Position numbers and translations under genes: made by a program. DNA of 64,000 nt from contig JBAXOG010000005.1 in NCBI GenBank assembly GCA_037133395.1, positions 985 to 64,984 on the forward strand, given 5' to 3'. This document shows, one piece after another, positions 9,735 through 18,135 of this stretch. This DNA is from a bacterium (GTDB lineage Bacteria > Verrucomicrobiota > Kiritimatiellia > RFP12 > UBA1067). Numbering within the stretch: the stretch's first letter is position 1; each line of letters starts with the position of its first letter. The notes under the pieces are model-generated. The model saw only the letters and a list, made by a program, of their open reading frames with translations. It made no database searches and was not told the DNA's origin.

Positions 9735-10805
9735 ATGATACAACAACACTGTTTTGAAAAAACATGGATAGATTCCAAGCAATCCGAATTACGCTTGCGT
9801 GATCCGGGTCTATTGGAAAAGTGTATTTATGCATTGCAGTTGCTCGGCCTTTTGGCCGAATCAGGTATACCTTTTGTCTTTAAAGGCGGAACCTCCATGG
9901 TACTCCTCATGGCAAGCCTGAGGCGATTGTCCATCGACATCGATATTGTTTCCGAGTCACCTGAAGCTGTTGATATCGCATACCTAAGAAAGCTTTTCAA
10001 AAATTCTCGTTTTGTGCGCATTGAAGAAAATGACCGAGGCGACCATCGCCTACCACACCGGCGTCACTTCAAATTCTTCTATAACTCGGTTTGCTCGAGC
10101 ATCGACAACTACGTCATGTTGGATGTTCTCCAAGAGCGGAATCTCTATCCCGCCACCCGGCGCTGTGCGATTCGCGCATCCTTCATCGAGACGGAAAGGG
10201 ATGTCGCGGTCACGTTGCCCACCGTTGACGCCCTTCTGGCCGACAAACTCACCGCGTTCGCACCCAACACAGTCGGTGTGAGATTGACCCCCGACAGCAA
10301 CATGCAGGTGATCAAGCAGGTGGTGGATGTTGGGGAACTCTTCACAAAGACCGCCGACCTGACACTGATCCGCCGAGCCTACGCTGTCATCTGCGCTGCC
10401 GAGATCGGATATCGCGGTGGGGCATTCACCAGTGACCAAGCACTCAATGACACCATACAAACCGCGCTTCAAATATCCGAGATCAGGCTTAGGCCGCAAG
10501 ACCAGACGACTGCATTGATTGATGCCGCTCGGAAGCGGTTAGAAAATCATCTTATTGGTCCTGCGCTTGACATAGACGATCTTAAGGTGGCGGCCGCGCG
10601 CGCCGCCGGCATTGCCGCGTTGATTCAAACCCCCAATTCTCCACTGTCACTCGACGATTTTCGCTATAATCCCGCACGAGTCATGGAACTCCAATCACTC
10701 AGGATCACCCGGTATCCACGGCTGAACCGATTGAAAGCCACCAATCCAGAAGCATTCTTCTATTGGCACAAGGTTGACACGTTGCTGAGACAACCCCCTG
10801 CCTAA
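9735..10805 (+). CDS. Nucleotidyltransferase, AbiEii/AbiGii toxin family
   Basis: 356-aa ORF with FVFKGGTSMVLLMASLRRLSIDIDIV (GG..... S.D.D nucleotidyltransferase signature of the family). It is paired with the upstream AbiEi-like gene. Confidence 0.7.
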   Translation: MIQQHCFEKTWIDSKQSELRLRDPGLLEKCIYALQLLGLLAESGIPFVFKGGTSMVLLMASLRRLSIDIDIVSESPEAVDIAYLRKLFKNSRFVRIEENDRGDHRLPHRRHFKFFYNSVCSSIDNYVMLDVLQERNLYPATRRCAIRASFIETERDVAVTLPTVDALLADKLTAFAPNTVGVRLTPDSNMQVIKQVVDVGELFTKTADLTLIRRAYAVICAAEIGYRGGAFTSDQALNDTIQTALQISEIRLRPQDQTTALIDAARKRLENHLIGPALDIDDLKVAAARAAGIAALIQTPNSPLSLDDFRYNPARVMELQSLRITRYPRLNRLKATNPEAFFYWHKVDTLLRQPPA

Positions 10806-10845
10806 ACCCCGCCGGTATCAAGAGTCCCGAATATAAGATTTACTT

Positions 10846-11178
10846 GGTACAGAGGGATGGACAATGCTTACACCCCGTGAGCTTTGCGGGCTCTGTGAGA
10901 AAAAACGGCTACACATTTTCAGGAAACGCGCTTTTCGCAAAATAGCCGCCATTCTTGGGTGCCCCTTTGAAGACAATGCTTCCCTCCTCCGATAGTTCTT
11001 TCAGATAACGCTGTGTGGTACGAAGGCTGATGGCCAGATGTTTCGTTGCCGTGGGAGCATTGATGCCCTGATGGGTCTTGATCACATTCTGCAGGCTGGT
11101 CTTTATTGATTTTACACCGCCATGTGCGTGGCGCGAAAAAGGGGTTTCTCCAAAGAGCCGCAACAGCTTCTTCATTTT
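10846..11178. repeat. Duplicated segment, copy B: motif X variant plus the wHTH gene fragment
   Basis: ggtacagagggatggacaatgcttac (10846-10871) is followed by sequence near-identical to 8448-8775, but with one rather than three tttacaccgcca units. Confidence 0.8.
10909..11175 (-). pseudogene. Second copy of the wHTH fragment (88-aa ORF; may be expressed as a small stand-alone HTH protein)
   Basis: Same C-terminal wHTH sequence as 8485..8796. It has its own ATG (MKKLLRLFGE..) but lacks any upstream domain of the parent family. Confidence 0.45.
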
Positions 11179-11238
11179 TTTAATATCTGATTAACGAATT
11201 CATGTCCCCTTGTCCGCTTCGCGCTATCCACGCTCGAC

Positions 11239-11289
11239 TTTACGTAAAGCCAGAAACCCGTTGACTTTTTTCTGCTGGTTTGCTTAAGT
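11239..11289 (+). promoter_or_regulatory. Conserved PATR-gene promoter block P1: palindrome, 12 nt, -35, 17 nt, -10
   Basis: TTTACGTAAA at 11239-11248, TTGACT at 11261-11266, TTAAGT at 11284-11289. The same layout occurs at 25721, 35744 and 16149. Confidence 0.65.
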
Positions 11290-11343
11290 GAGAAATGTGT
11301 AGGGGACTGGTGTGCCTTGATAAAACAGAAAGGGTTTATGGTT

Positions 11344-14300
11344 ATGAACACAATGAAGACGATCAAAAGTCGGGTTTTTCAACTGGCGGTTGGGTGTGCC
11401 GTGGCTTTAATGGCACCCCTGAACTCATTCGGTGCGGACGGGACATGGACAAACTTGGCAGGTGGCGTCTGGGGCACATCGGGCAACTGGTTGTCGGGCA
11501 CGGTTGCAGACGGAACAAATGCGGTCGCGGACTTCAGCACGCTGAATATCACCGCCAATGCGTTTGTCAACAACGACGCTGCGCGCACGGTTGGCACGCT
11601 CCGCTTCGGCGACACGACGCCGGGTAATGACTGGACGCTGACGAATTCGACGCTGACGCTGGCCGTGAGTTCAGGAACTCCGACCATCACCGTGACCAAT
11701 CAAACTGCGACGATCAGTTCCATTCTGCTGGGAACGCAGGGATTCACCAAGAACGGTTCAGGCACACTCCAACTCAGTGGAAGAAATACGGTCTCGGGCG
11801 ATATCATTGTCAATCAAGGGATGCTCATCAATACGTTTGGAGGGCTGCGCGACACAACGGGCAGTGTCATCGTCTCGCCGGGCGCAACGCTGTATGTGAC
11901 GTCCGGGTGGGGCGCGAATGACGGCCGGTATGAGATGACGAATTCCATCACCCTCTCCGGAACGGGGACTGGCGGCTTTGGCGCGTTGCATGGACAGGCA
12001 AACTTCACGTGCACCGGCCCCATCACCTTGTTGACCGATTCAAAAATCTCGCATGATTGGAACAACTTTTCTCTGAACGGTAAAATCACCGGAACAGATA
12101 AGAATCTGATTCTGAGTGCTGCAAATGCACCCTCTCAGCCGGGGCTCTCGGTTAACGGCTCGATGTCGTTGGGAAGCGGTGCGCTCTCAGTGATCGGGGC
12201 CGGATATGTGATGTTGAACGCATCCAACAGTTTCAGCGGCGGAACCACTGTCAGCATCGGCAGCGCGGGAGCGCTGAAAATCGGGTATATCAACGCACTC
12301 GGCACCGGCGGGTTGACCGTCAATAGCGGTGTCGTTGATCTGAACACGAAGAGCGTTTCTGTCGCCTCATTCAGCGGTGCTGGCGGCATTATCACGGATA
12401 CTGGAGCAACGGGCACGACCACGCTGACCGTGACCCAGGCTGTGGCGACCACCTATTCCGGCGTGATCTCAAACGGTGCCAGCCGTGTGCTGGCGCTGAC
12501 ACTGCAAGGGCCAGGTGCTTTAGCGCTCTCCGGATTTAACACCTACAGCGGCGCAACCGCAGTTGCTGCCGGCAAACTGATCGGTGTCACGGGCGGAGCC
12601 TGTTCCAACAGTGTGGTGACGGTGGCGAACGGTGCCACAAACGGAGTATGGGTCACGGCTTACAATGGTCAGTGGAGATGCGCCGGGCTCGTTCACAGCA
12701 CAGGGACAACGACGCTGGATATAGACTTCAGCACGATTCCACCGAGTGGGTCGATCGCTCCGCTGCGTGTTGACGGCAATCTCACGTTCAACGGCACCGT
12801 CGGCTTTGTGATCCGCAACGGCATCTGGATCAACACCGGCACCTACCCTTTAGTTAGTTATTCGGGTACGTTGTCGGGGGTCGTTCCCTCTGTCGCAACG
12901 GCTCTGCCTCCCGGCGTAACCGCTACGTTGGTTAATAACACGATCGACAAGCGCATCGAGCTGGCCGTCACAGCCGTGCCGGTCTTTGTTCCCTCTTCCG
13001 TTAGCGCATGGACTAATCTGGTCAGCGCAAATGCAAGCGGTTCGTGGGGAACCGCCGCCAATTGGTCAAACGGCATTCCTTACGGCGTGGATGCGGTTGC
13101 AGACTTCACAACGCTCAATATCGGAGCCAACTCGACGATCACAAACGAGGTGCCACGCTCGGTCGGTGCATTGAGTTTCTGCGATGCGGTTCCGTCCAGT
13201 CATATCTGGTATCTCGACGGAGGCACCAATAAGCATCTGACGCTTGCCACGACCGCCAGCGTGCCGCAGATTACCGTGTCGAACGTTCAGGCGATCGTGG
13301 GCGGACTCTCCGGGACGCAGGGCTTTGTGAAGAACGGTAACGGTGTCCTGGCCCTTTATGGAAAATCCTACAGCAACAGCATCACCGGGCCGATCTTTGT
13401 CAATGCCGGTTTGCTGGCAACCGTTAACGGCCAGGCGTTTCAAGGTATCACCGGCAATGTCTTTGTGGCGCCGGGCGCAAGTTTCGAGGCCAACTGCGCG
13501 ATCGACGGCACCACGCTTGCCAATAACTTTTATCTCAGCGGTATGGGCGGCACACCGAACGGGTATGTCGGCAATGCGGCGACGCCCGACGGAACCTACA
13601 ACTATGATCCGTCCCCTTTCGGCGCGTTGGAGCTGCACGGCAATGTTATCCTCAGCGGCACCATTGCGTTGAATGCCGATTCCAAAATCACGCATGGATA
13701 TAATCTTGCTACGCTTAACGGGCGCGTTGCTGCGGATATGCCCGGAAAGAACTTGGAACTGGCGATTACCATTGACGGGCAGTATCCCATTTATGTCAAC
13801 GGCAGCGTGGGCCTCGGCACAGGAACGCTGACGGTCAACAGTGTGCAGAATGGCGGCTCCGCCGACGGGTGCGCGGTTGCGCTCAATGCTGCAAACACCT
13901 ACAGCGGCGGAACCGTGCTGACCAACTACGCCATTTTGCGGCTGGGCAATGTCGGTGCGCTTGGGAGCGGGGGGTTGACGCTCTACCCGAACAGCAAACT
14001 GAACCTGAACACGTATAATGTCACGGTGGGCGGGTTGAGCGGCACCGGCGGCATCATTACGGATACCGGAGCGGCGGGCACGACCACGCTGACCGTGACC
14101 CAGACTGTGGCGACCACCTATTCCGGCGTAATCAGCAACGGCGCGAACCGCGTGCTCGCACTGGTGAAAACAGGCAGCGGTCTCCTGACGCTTTCGGCCA
14201 CGAACACGTACACGGGCGCGACAACGGTCTCGAACGGCACGCTGGCTGTCAGCGGTGCGCTTTCGTCAAGCGGTGTGACGGTCTGCACGGGCGCAGTTTT

Positions 14301-14631
14301 TGCCGCTGGCAGTACGGGCGTTGTGGCCCGCGCAACACTGGGCGGCACGCTGACGTTCCAGAACAGCAGCGCGCTGCTGGTGGATGTGGCGCCGCCCTTG
14401 GCGGATGCGGTTGAGGCCGCCGGAAACGTGGTGATCGGTACCGGGGTCGAGGTGCGGCTCAGCGGCAACCAGGAGAAATCCGGAAGCTGGGAAATCATCA
14501 AGACCACCGGCGGCACGGTCTCTGGCGACCCGGTTCTCATCAATGGTCTGCACGGGGCGAGGCTGTCCCGGACTGCCACAGCCATCTGGCTGACTATTCC
14601 GCCTAAGGGCACGTTGATCCGGATATTCTGA
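11344..14631 (+). CDS. PATR-type (autotransporter-associated beta-strand repeat) surface protein with an internally duplicated two-module structure
   Basis: The ORF track gives 11317..14631. The conserved start ATGAACACAATGAAG is at 11344. It has a signal peptide and then GTWTNLAGGVWGTSGNW. TLTLSG.NTY.G.T units recur. It ends LTIPPKGTLIRIF. Confidence 0.8.
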   Translation: MNTMKTIKSRVFQLAVGCAVALMAPLNSFGADGTWTNLAGGVWGTSGNWLSGTVADGTNAVADFSTLNITANAFVNNDAARTVGTLRFGDTTPGNDWTLTNSTLTLAVSSGTPTITVTNQTATISSILLGTQGFTKNGSGTLQLSGRNTVSGDIIVNQGMLINTFGGLRDTTGSVIVSPGATLYVTSGWGANDGRYEMTNSITLSGTGTGGFGALHGQANFTCTGPITLLTDSKISHDWNNFSLNGKITGTDKNLILSAANAPSQPGLSVNGSMSLGSGALSVIGAGYVMLNASNSFSGGTTVSIGSAGALKIGYINALGTGGLTVNSGVVDLNTKSVSVASFSGAGGIITDTGATGTTTLTVTQAVATTYSGVISNGASRVLALTLQGPGALALSGFNTYSGATAVAAGKLIGVTGGACSNSVVTVANGATNGVWVTAYNGQWRCAGLVHSTGTTTLDIDFSTIPPSGSIAPLRVDGNLTFNGTVGFVIRNGIWINTGTYPLVSYSGTLSGVVPSVATALPPGVTATLVNNTIDKRIELAVTAVPVFVPSSVSAWTNLVSANASGSWGTAANWSNGIPYGVDAVADFTTLNIGANSTITNEVPRSVGALSFCDAVPSSHIWYLDGGTNKHLTLATTASVPQITVSNVQAIVGGLSGTQGFVKNGNGVLALYGKSYSNSITGPIFVNAGLLATVNGQAFQGITGNVFVAPGASFEANCAIDGTTLANNFYLSGMGGTPNGYVGNAATPDGTYNYDPSPFGALELHGNVILSGTIALNADSKITHGYNLATLNGRVAADMPGKNLELAITIDGQYPIYVNGSVGLGTGTLTVNSVQNGGSADGCAVALNAANTYSGGTVLTNYAILRLGNVGALGSGGLTLYPNSKLNLNTYNVTVGGLSGTGGIITDTGAAGTTTLTVTQTVATTYSGVISNGANRVLALVKTGSGLLTLSATNTYTGATTVSNGTLAVSGALSSSGVTVCTGAVFAAGSTGVVARATLGGTLTFQNSSALLVDVAPPLADAVEAAGNVVIGTGVEVRLSGNQEKSGSWEIIKTTGGTVSGDPVLINGLHGARLSRTATAIWLTIPPKGTLIRIF

Positions 14632-15049
14632 GTCAGTGTTTTTTTACCACGAAACACATCCTCCTACGCGAATACGCTACGGCGGACAGGCGAAATACAC
14701 GAAAAGGGATGAGAGAATTTAGCTGCGGATTGCGCGGATTAACCCGGTTTTTGAAGGGGGCTTCTTGTATAATCCAGCTGCTTAATTAACACGTTGACCT
14801 TTTTTATGGCGCGATATGGCGAAATGCGCCATAATGTATACTTTACCTTAAAGCATACGAAAAAAAGAACTTGAAGTTGTGCTTCAAGCTGTGACTTGTT
14901 TCCTGGAGTCCGCCTCTATTGATCAACTCACGGACTTGTTGAAACAGGCTTTTGCACATAAGCGGGTGTCCCAGGGGCTTTGAGGTATTCTCCAGAGGCT
15001 GAGGGTCGTGATGCACACGAGGCGGAAATGACACGGACCCGCAAAAATT

Positions 15050-16147
15050 ATGAACCCCAAAAAAACAGTAATCAGTTTGAGGCATATCGCTGAGCGCGTC
15101 GGTGTGTCGCGAATGACAGTCTCACAGGCGTTGCGCGATGACGGGCGGATCTCCTCGACAACGCGTGAACGGGTACGTGCGGTTGCCCGTGAGTTGGGGT
15201 TTGAACCCAATCCACATCTCAGCACGCTGATGGCGGAAACCGCACGTACGCGACATGGCGTATCCGGCGAAGTATTGGCTTTTATGACAAGTGAACCTAC
15301 GCGCGATGGTTGGAAGCGGTATGCAAGCGGTATCTTTGAAGCCAGCGAACGACGCGCCGTCGAGTACGGGTTTCGTCTTGAGCCTTGGTGGATCGCTGAC
15401 CCAGACATGACGCCTGCTCGTGTCAACCAGATCATCAAGTCCCGTGGAATTCGGGGGATGATCATTCCCAATGTCAGTCATCAATTCTTTGCGGATCGGG
15501 GTGGGACATTACCGATCGAATGGGAAAGGTTTTGTGTGGTGGAGATTGGGGGCAGCTTGCGGAAACCCGCTATCCATCACGTTCAGCATGATCATCAATC
15601 CGGCTTGTTTATGGCGCTCGAGAGGTTGGAAGCGCACGGTTATCGTCGGATAGGGCTGTGTTTGAGGTCCGAGGATGATCAAAGGACACATCATCGCTGG
15701 TCGGGGGCTTATGTGATCTGGCGGAGAATGAGGGGCTATGAGACGAAACTGCAGCCGCTGATCGCAGAGGAATATGAGCCTATGGCAGTACGCCGGTGGA
15801 TCCGAAAGAACCGCTTGGAGGCCGTGATCAGTCCTGGAGTCCTTCCGTTACAGGAGTGGGGACTGAGTGTGCCGGAAAAACTTGGGTTTGCTTCGCTTGA
15901 CTTGTGGGGGAAGGGTGCGATGTCCGTGGCAGGGATTGATCAGCAAAGGGTTGAGCTTGCAGCAGCAGCAGTGGATATGCTGATGACACTTCTGTGGCGC
16001 AATCAGAGAGGGGTTCCAGAACAGCCGATGAGCTTGATCATTCCCGGACGTTGGGTGGAGGGAGAAACCGTCCGCCAACGAAGAAGCATACACTTGAAAC
16101 CTATTGCCATCGAGGACGAGCAACTCGTCTGGGCTGACCGCCTTTAG
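15050..16147 (+). CDS. LacI/GalR-family transcriptional regulator
   Basis: The N-terminal HTH is ISLRHIAERVGVSRMTVSQALRDDGRISSTTRERVRAVARELGFEPNP, followed by a periplasmic-binding-protein-like sugar-sensor domain of typical length (365 aa). Confidence 0.85.
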   Translation: MNPKKTVISLRHIAERVGVSRMTVSQALRDDGRISSTTRERVRAVARELGFEPNPHLSTLMAETARTRHGVSGEVLAFMTSEPTRDGWKRYASGIFEASERRAVEYGFRLEPWWIADPDMTPARVNQIIKSRGIRGMIIPNVSHQFFADRGGTLPIEWERFCVVEIGGSLRKPAIHHVQHDHQSGLFMALERLEAHGYRRIGLCLRSEDDQRTHHRWSGAYVIWRRMRGYETKLQPLIAEEYEPMAVRRWIRKNRLEAVISPGVLPLQEWGLSVPEKLGFASLDLWGKGAMSVAGIDQQRVELAAAAVDMLMTLLWRNQRGVPEQPMSLIIPGRWVEGETVRQRRSIHLKPIAIEDEQLVWADRL

Positions 16148-16148
16148 G

Positions 16149-16198
16149 TTTACGTAAGAAAAGGTCGCAGTTGTAACCAAATGAAGCTGCTGTATAAT
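16149..16198 (+). promoter_or_regulatory. PATR-gene promoter block P4 (diverged copy with the same spacing)
   Basis: TTTACGTAAG at 16149-16158, a 12-nt gap, TTGTAA at 16171-16176, a 16-nt spacer, TATAAT at 16193-16198. Confidence 0.6.
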
Positions 16199-16271
16199 GC
16201 TAGATATTAAAAGTGATTTCAGGTTCTGCGTCAAGCGTCTTTGCCTGAGGGGATAAGTGAAAGGAGTCAGA

Positions 16272-18080
16272 ATGATGAAGACAATAAAAACGATCAGATG
16301 TGTAGTCCCTCGTATGGCTGTTTTGATTGCGAGTGCATCTATGTTGGTTATCCCTTCGTTTGGCGAGAATGGAACATGGACCAACTTGGCAGGCGGCGCA
16401 TGGAGCACGTCTGGCAACTGGACCAATGGCACGCCAGCCCAGTATGGCAGCGTCAGTACAATCCTCAATTTTAACGTCGCTGGAACCTACACCTCCAGCA
16501 ACAACTGGACGGGGACCTTCACCAACAATAGCCTGGCTTTCGGAGCCGGAACGGTGACGCTTGCGGGCGGCACCCTTGCTTTCATGAACAACGACGTCGT
16601 GATGCCGGTGGTGACGAACTATGGCGCGACGGTGACGATCAAGAACCCCCTGCTACTGGCCACAAACACCACTTTCGCCGGGGCAAACAATACAACGGCA
16701 TCAGGCGTGATCAGCGGCAGTGGCGGCATTATCCAGGCCGGGAGCGGAACCCTTACCCTCTCGGGCGCAAACACCTTTACCGGCGGAACGACGATCAACA
16801 GTGGAGGCACTCTGGCTGCCTCTGTTGCCGGTGCCTTGGGTACGGCATTCTCGGGGCCATTGGTTGTCAACGGGACGCTGAACCTGACGGCGGGCGGCAC
16901 GACGGCCTATACCTTTTCAAATTCGATTAGCGGCAACGGCACGATCAATGTGACGGTCAGTACATCTGCTCAGGCTGTTACCTTTAGTAGCAATCCCACA
17001 TGGACCAATTTTGCAGGCACTCTCAACATTGGCGTAAACCAGCCGGCAGGTTCGGGTCGTGCGACTATCTATGCTGACTTGCCTTCTGGCGCCACGGTCA
17101 ATGTCACCACAAATAGTGGGTTGCTAGTGGGGGGGTTTACCACATGTTCCGCCGCTGTCAACCTCTACGGCGGGACGGGTAATAATGGTTTCCAATTTTA
17201 CTTTGCTTCGGCAACTTGCTCGGGGCCTATTACACTTTATGCTGATACGACGTTTGGCGGACTGAATGGGACATCAACAATTTCAGGCAACATTGGGGAT
17301 GGGGGCCGTTCGTGCGGTATAACGAAAGGGGTTTGTGGTGGAAACGTAATTCTATCCGGTGTCAACACGTATTCTGGCGATACGCGATGCGTCGGTGGCA
17401 CTGGGTGGTTCAGTGTCCGCAACGCCCTGGCGCTCCAGAATAGCACGGTGGACATGAATGCATCGGATGCCGGGTCGATTGGCTTCTCTCAGAATTCGAC
17501 CTTGGGCGGACTCAAAGGGTCGCGCGATTTAGACATGAGTAACAGAACGCTGAAGATTGGAAATAACAATAAGGATACGTCCTATAGCGGCGTCTTGACG
17601 AATGGTGCCGTGATCAAGATCGGCTCGGGCGCGTTGACGCTCTCTGGCACGAACACGTACACGGGCGCAACAACAGTCTCGAACGGCATTCTGGCTGTCA
17701 GTGGCGTTCTATCGTCAAGCGGTGTGACGGTCTGCACGGGCGCAGTCTTTGCCGCTGGCAGTACGGGCGTTGTCGGCCGCGCAACGCTGGGCGGCACGCT
17801 GACATTCCAGAACAACAGCGCGCTGCTGGTGGACGTGGCCCCGCCTTTAGCGGATGCGGTTGAGGCCGCCGGAAACGTGGTGATCGGCACCGGGGTCGAG
17901 GTACGGCTCAGCGGCAACCAGCAGAAATCCGGAAGCTGGGAAATCATCAAAACCACCAGCGGCACAATCACTGGCGACCCGGTTCTCATCAACGGTTTGA
18001 ACGGTGCAAAGCTGACCCGGACAGCCACAGCCATCGTGCTGACCATCCCGCCCAGGGGCACGATGGTCCAGATATTCTAA
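16272..18080 (+). CDS. PATR-type surface protein
   Basis: The ORF track gives 16257..18080. ATG 16272 follows AAGGAG (16261-16266) after 5 nt. The protein starts MMKTIKTIR.. and carries GTWTNLAGGAWSTSGNW. The last 432 nt are near-identical to 14200-14631. It ends LTIPPRGTMVQIF. Confidence 0.8.
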   Translation: MMKTIKTIRCVVPRMAVLIASASMLVIPSFGENGTWTNLAGGAWSTSGNWTNGTPAQYGSVSTILNFNVAGTYTSSNNWTGTFTNNSLAFGAGTVTLAGGTLAFMNNDVVMPVVTNYGATVTIKNPLLLATNTTFAGANNTTASGVISGSGGIIQAGSGTLTLSGANTFTGGTTINSGGTLAASVAGALGTAFSGPLVVNGTLNLTAGGTTAYTFSNSISGNGTINVTVSTSAQAVTFSSNPTWTNFAGTLNIGVNQPAGSGRATIYADLPSGATVNVTTNSGLLVGGFTTCSAAVNLYGGTGNNGFQFYFASATCSGPITLYADTTFGGLNGTSTISGNIGDGGRSCGITKGVCGGNVILSGVNTYSGDTRCVGGTGWFSVRNALALQNSTVDMNASDAGSIGFSQNSTLGGLKGSRDLDMSNRTLKIGNNNKDTSYSGVLTNGAVIKIGSGALTLSGTNTYTGATTVSNGILAVSGVLSSSGVTVCTGAVFAAGSTGVVGRATLGGTLTFQNNSALLVDVAPPLADAVEAAGNVVIGTGVEVRLSGNQQKSGSWEIIKTTSGTITGDPVLINGLNGAKLTRTATAIVLTIPPRGTMVQIF

Positions 18081-18135
18081 GCCAGGAAGAAGTGGAAGAC
18101 GAAAGAGTTTTTTAACCGTAAAGAGCGCAAAGAAA

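Noticed and set aside
8422-11178. Interpreting the X-motif-delimited modules as an integron cassette array
   Set aside because: There is no intI-like integrase, no attI and Pc arrangement, and X lacks the imperfect inverted-repeat structure of attC sites. I report it only as an unexplained recombination-like boundary.
11295-11627. Alternative-frame ORFs overlapping PATR gene starts (11295..11627, 16241..16474, 16327..16557)
   Set aside because: They overlap the conserved leader and signal-peptide region of the PATR genes out of frame. They are not conserved between paralogous loci.
14599-14631. Reading the PATR C-terminal motif as PEP-CTERM, LPXTG-type or an outer-membrane beta-signal
   Set aside because: Only five residues follow the GT, so there is no transmembrane helix or basic tail as in PEP-CTERM or sortase signals. 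The hydrophobic pattern M-I-R-I-F does not alternate as in the canonical OMP beta-signal. I report it as an unassigned motif instead.
11344-14631. Calling the PATR proteins classical type V autotransporters
   Set aside because: I could not recognise a C-terminal translocator beta-barrel domain. The proteins end about 150 aa after the last PATR unit. The call is kept generic (PATR-repeat surface protein).
16149-16158. Assigning the TTTACGTAAA palindrome as the operator of the adjacent LacI-family regulator
   Set aside because: The site has the central CG typical of LacI/GalR operators. However, the flanking half-site (TTA-CG-TAA) is the inverse of the usual AAN-CG-NTT pattern as I remember it. 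The linkage is therefore left as an open hypothesis in the findings.
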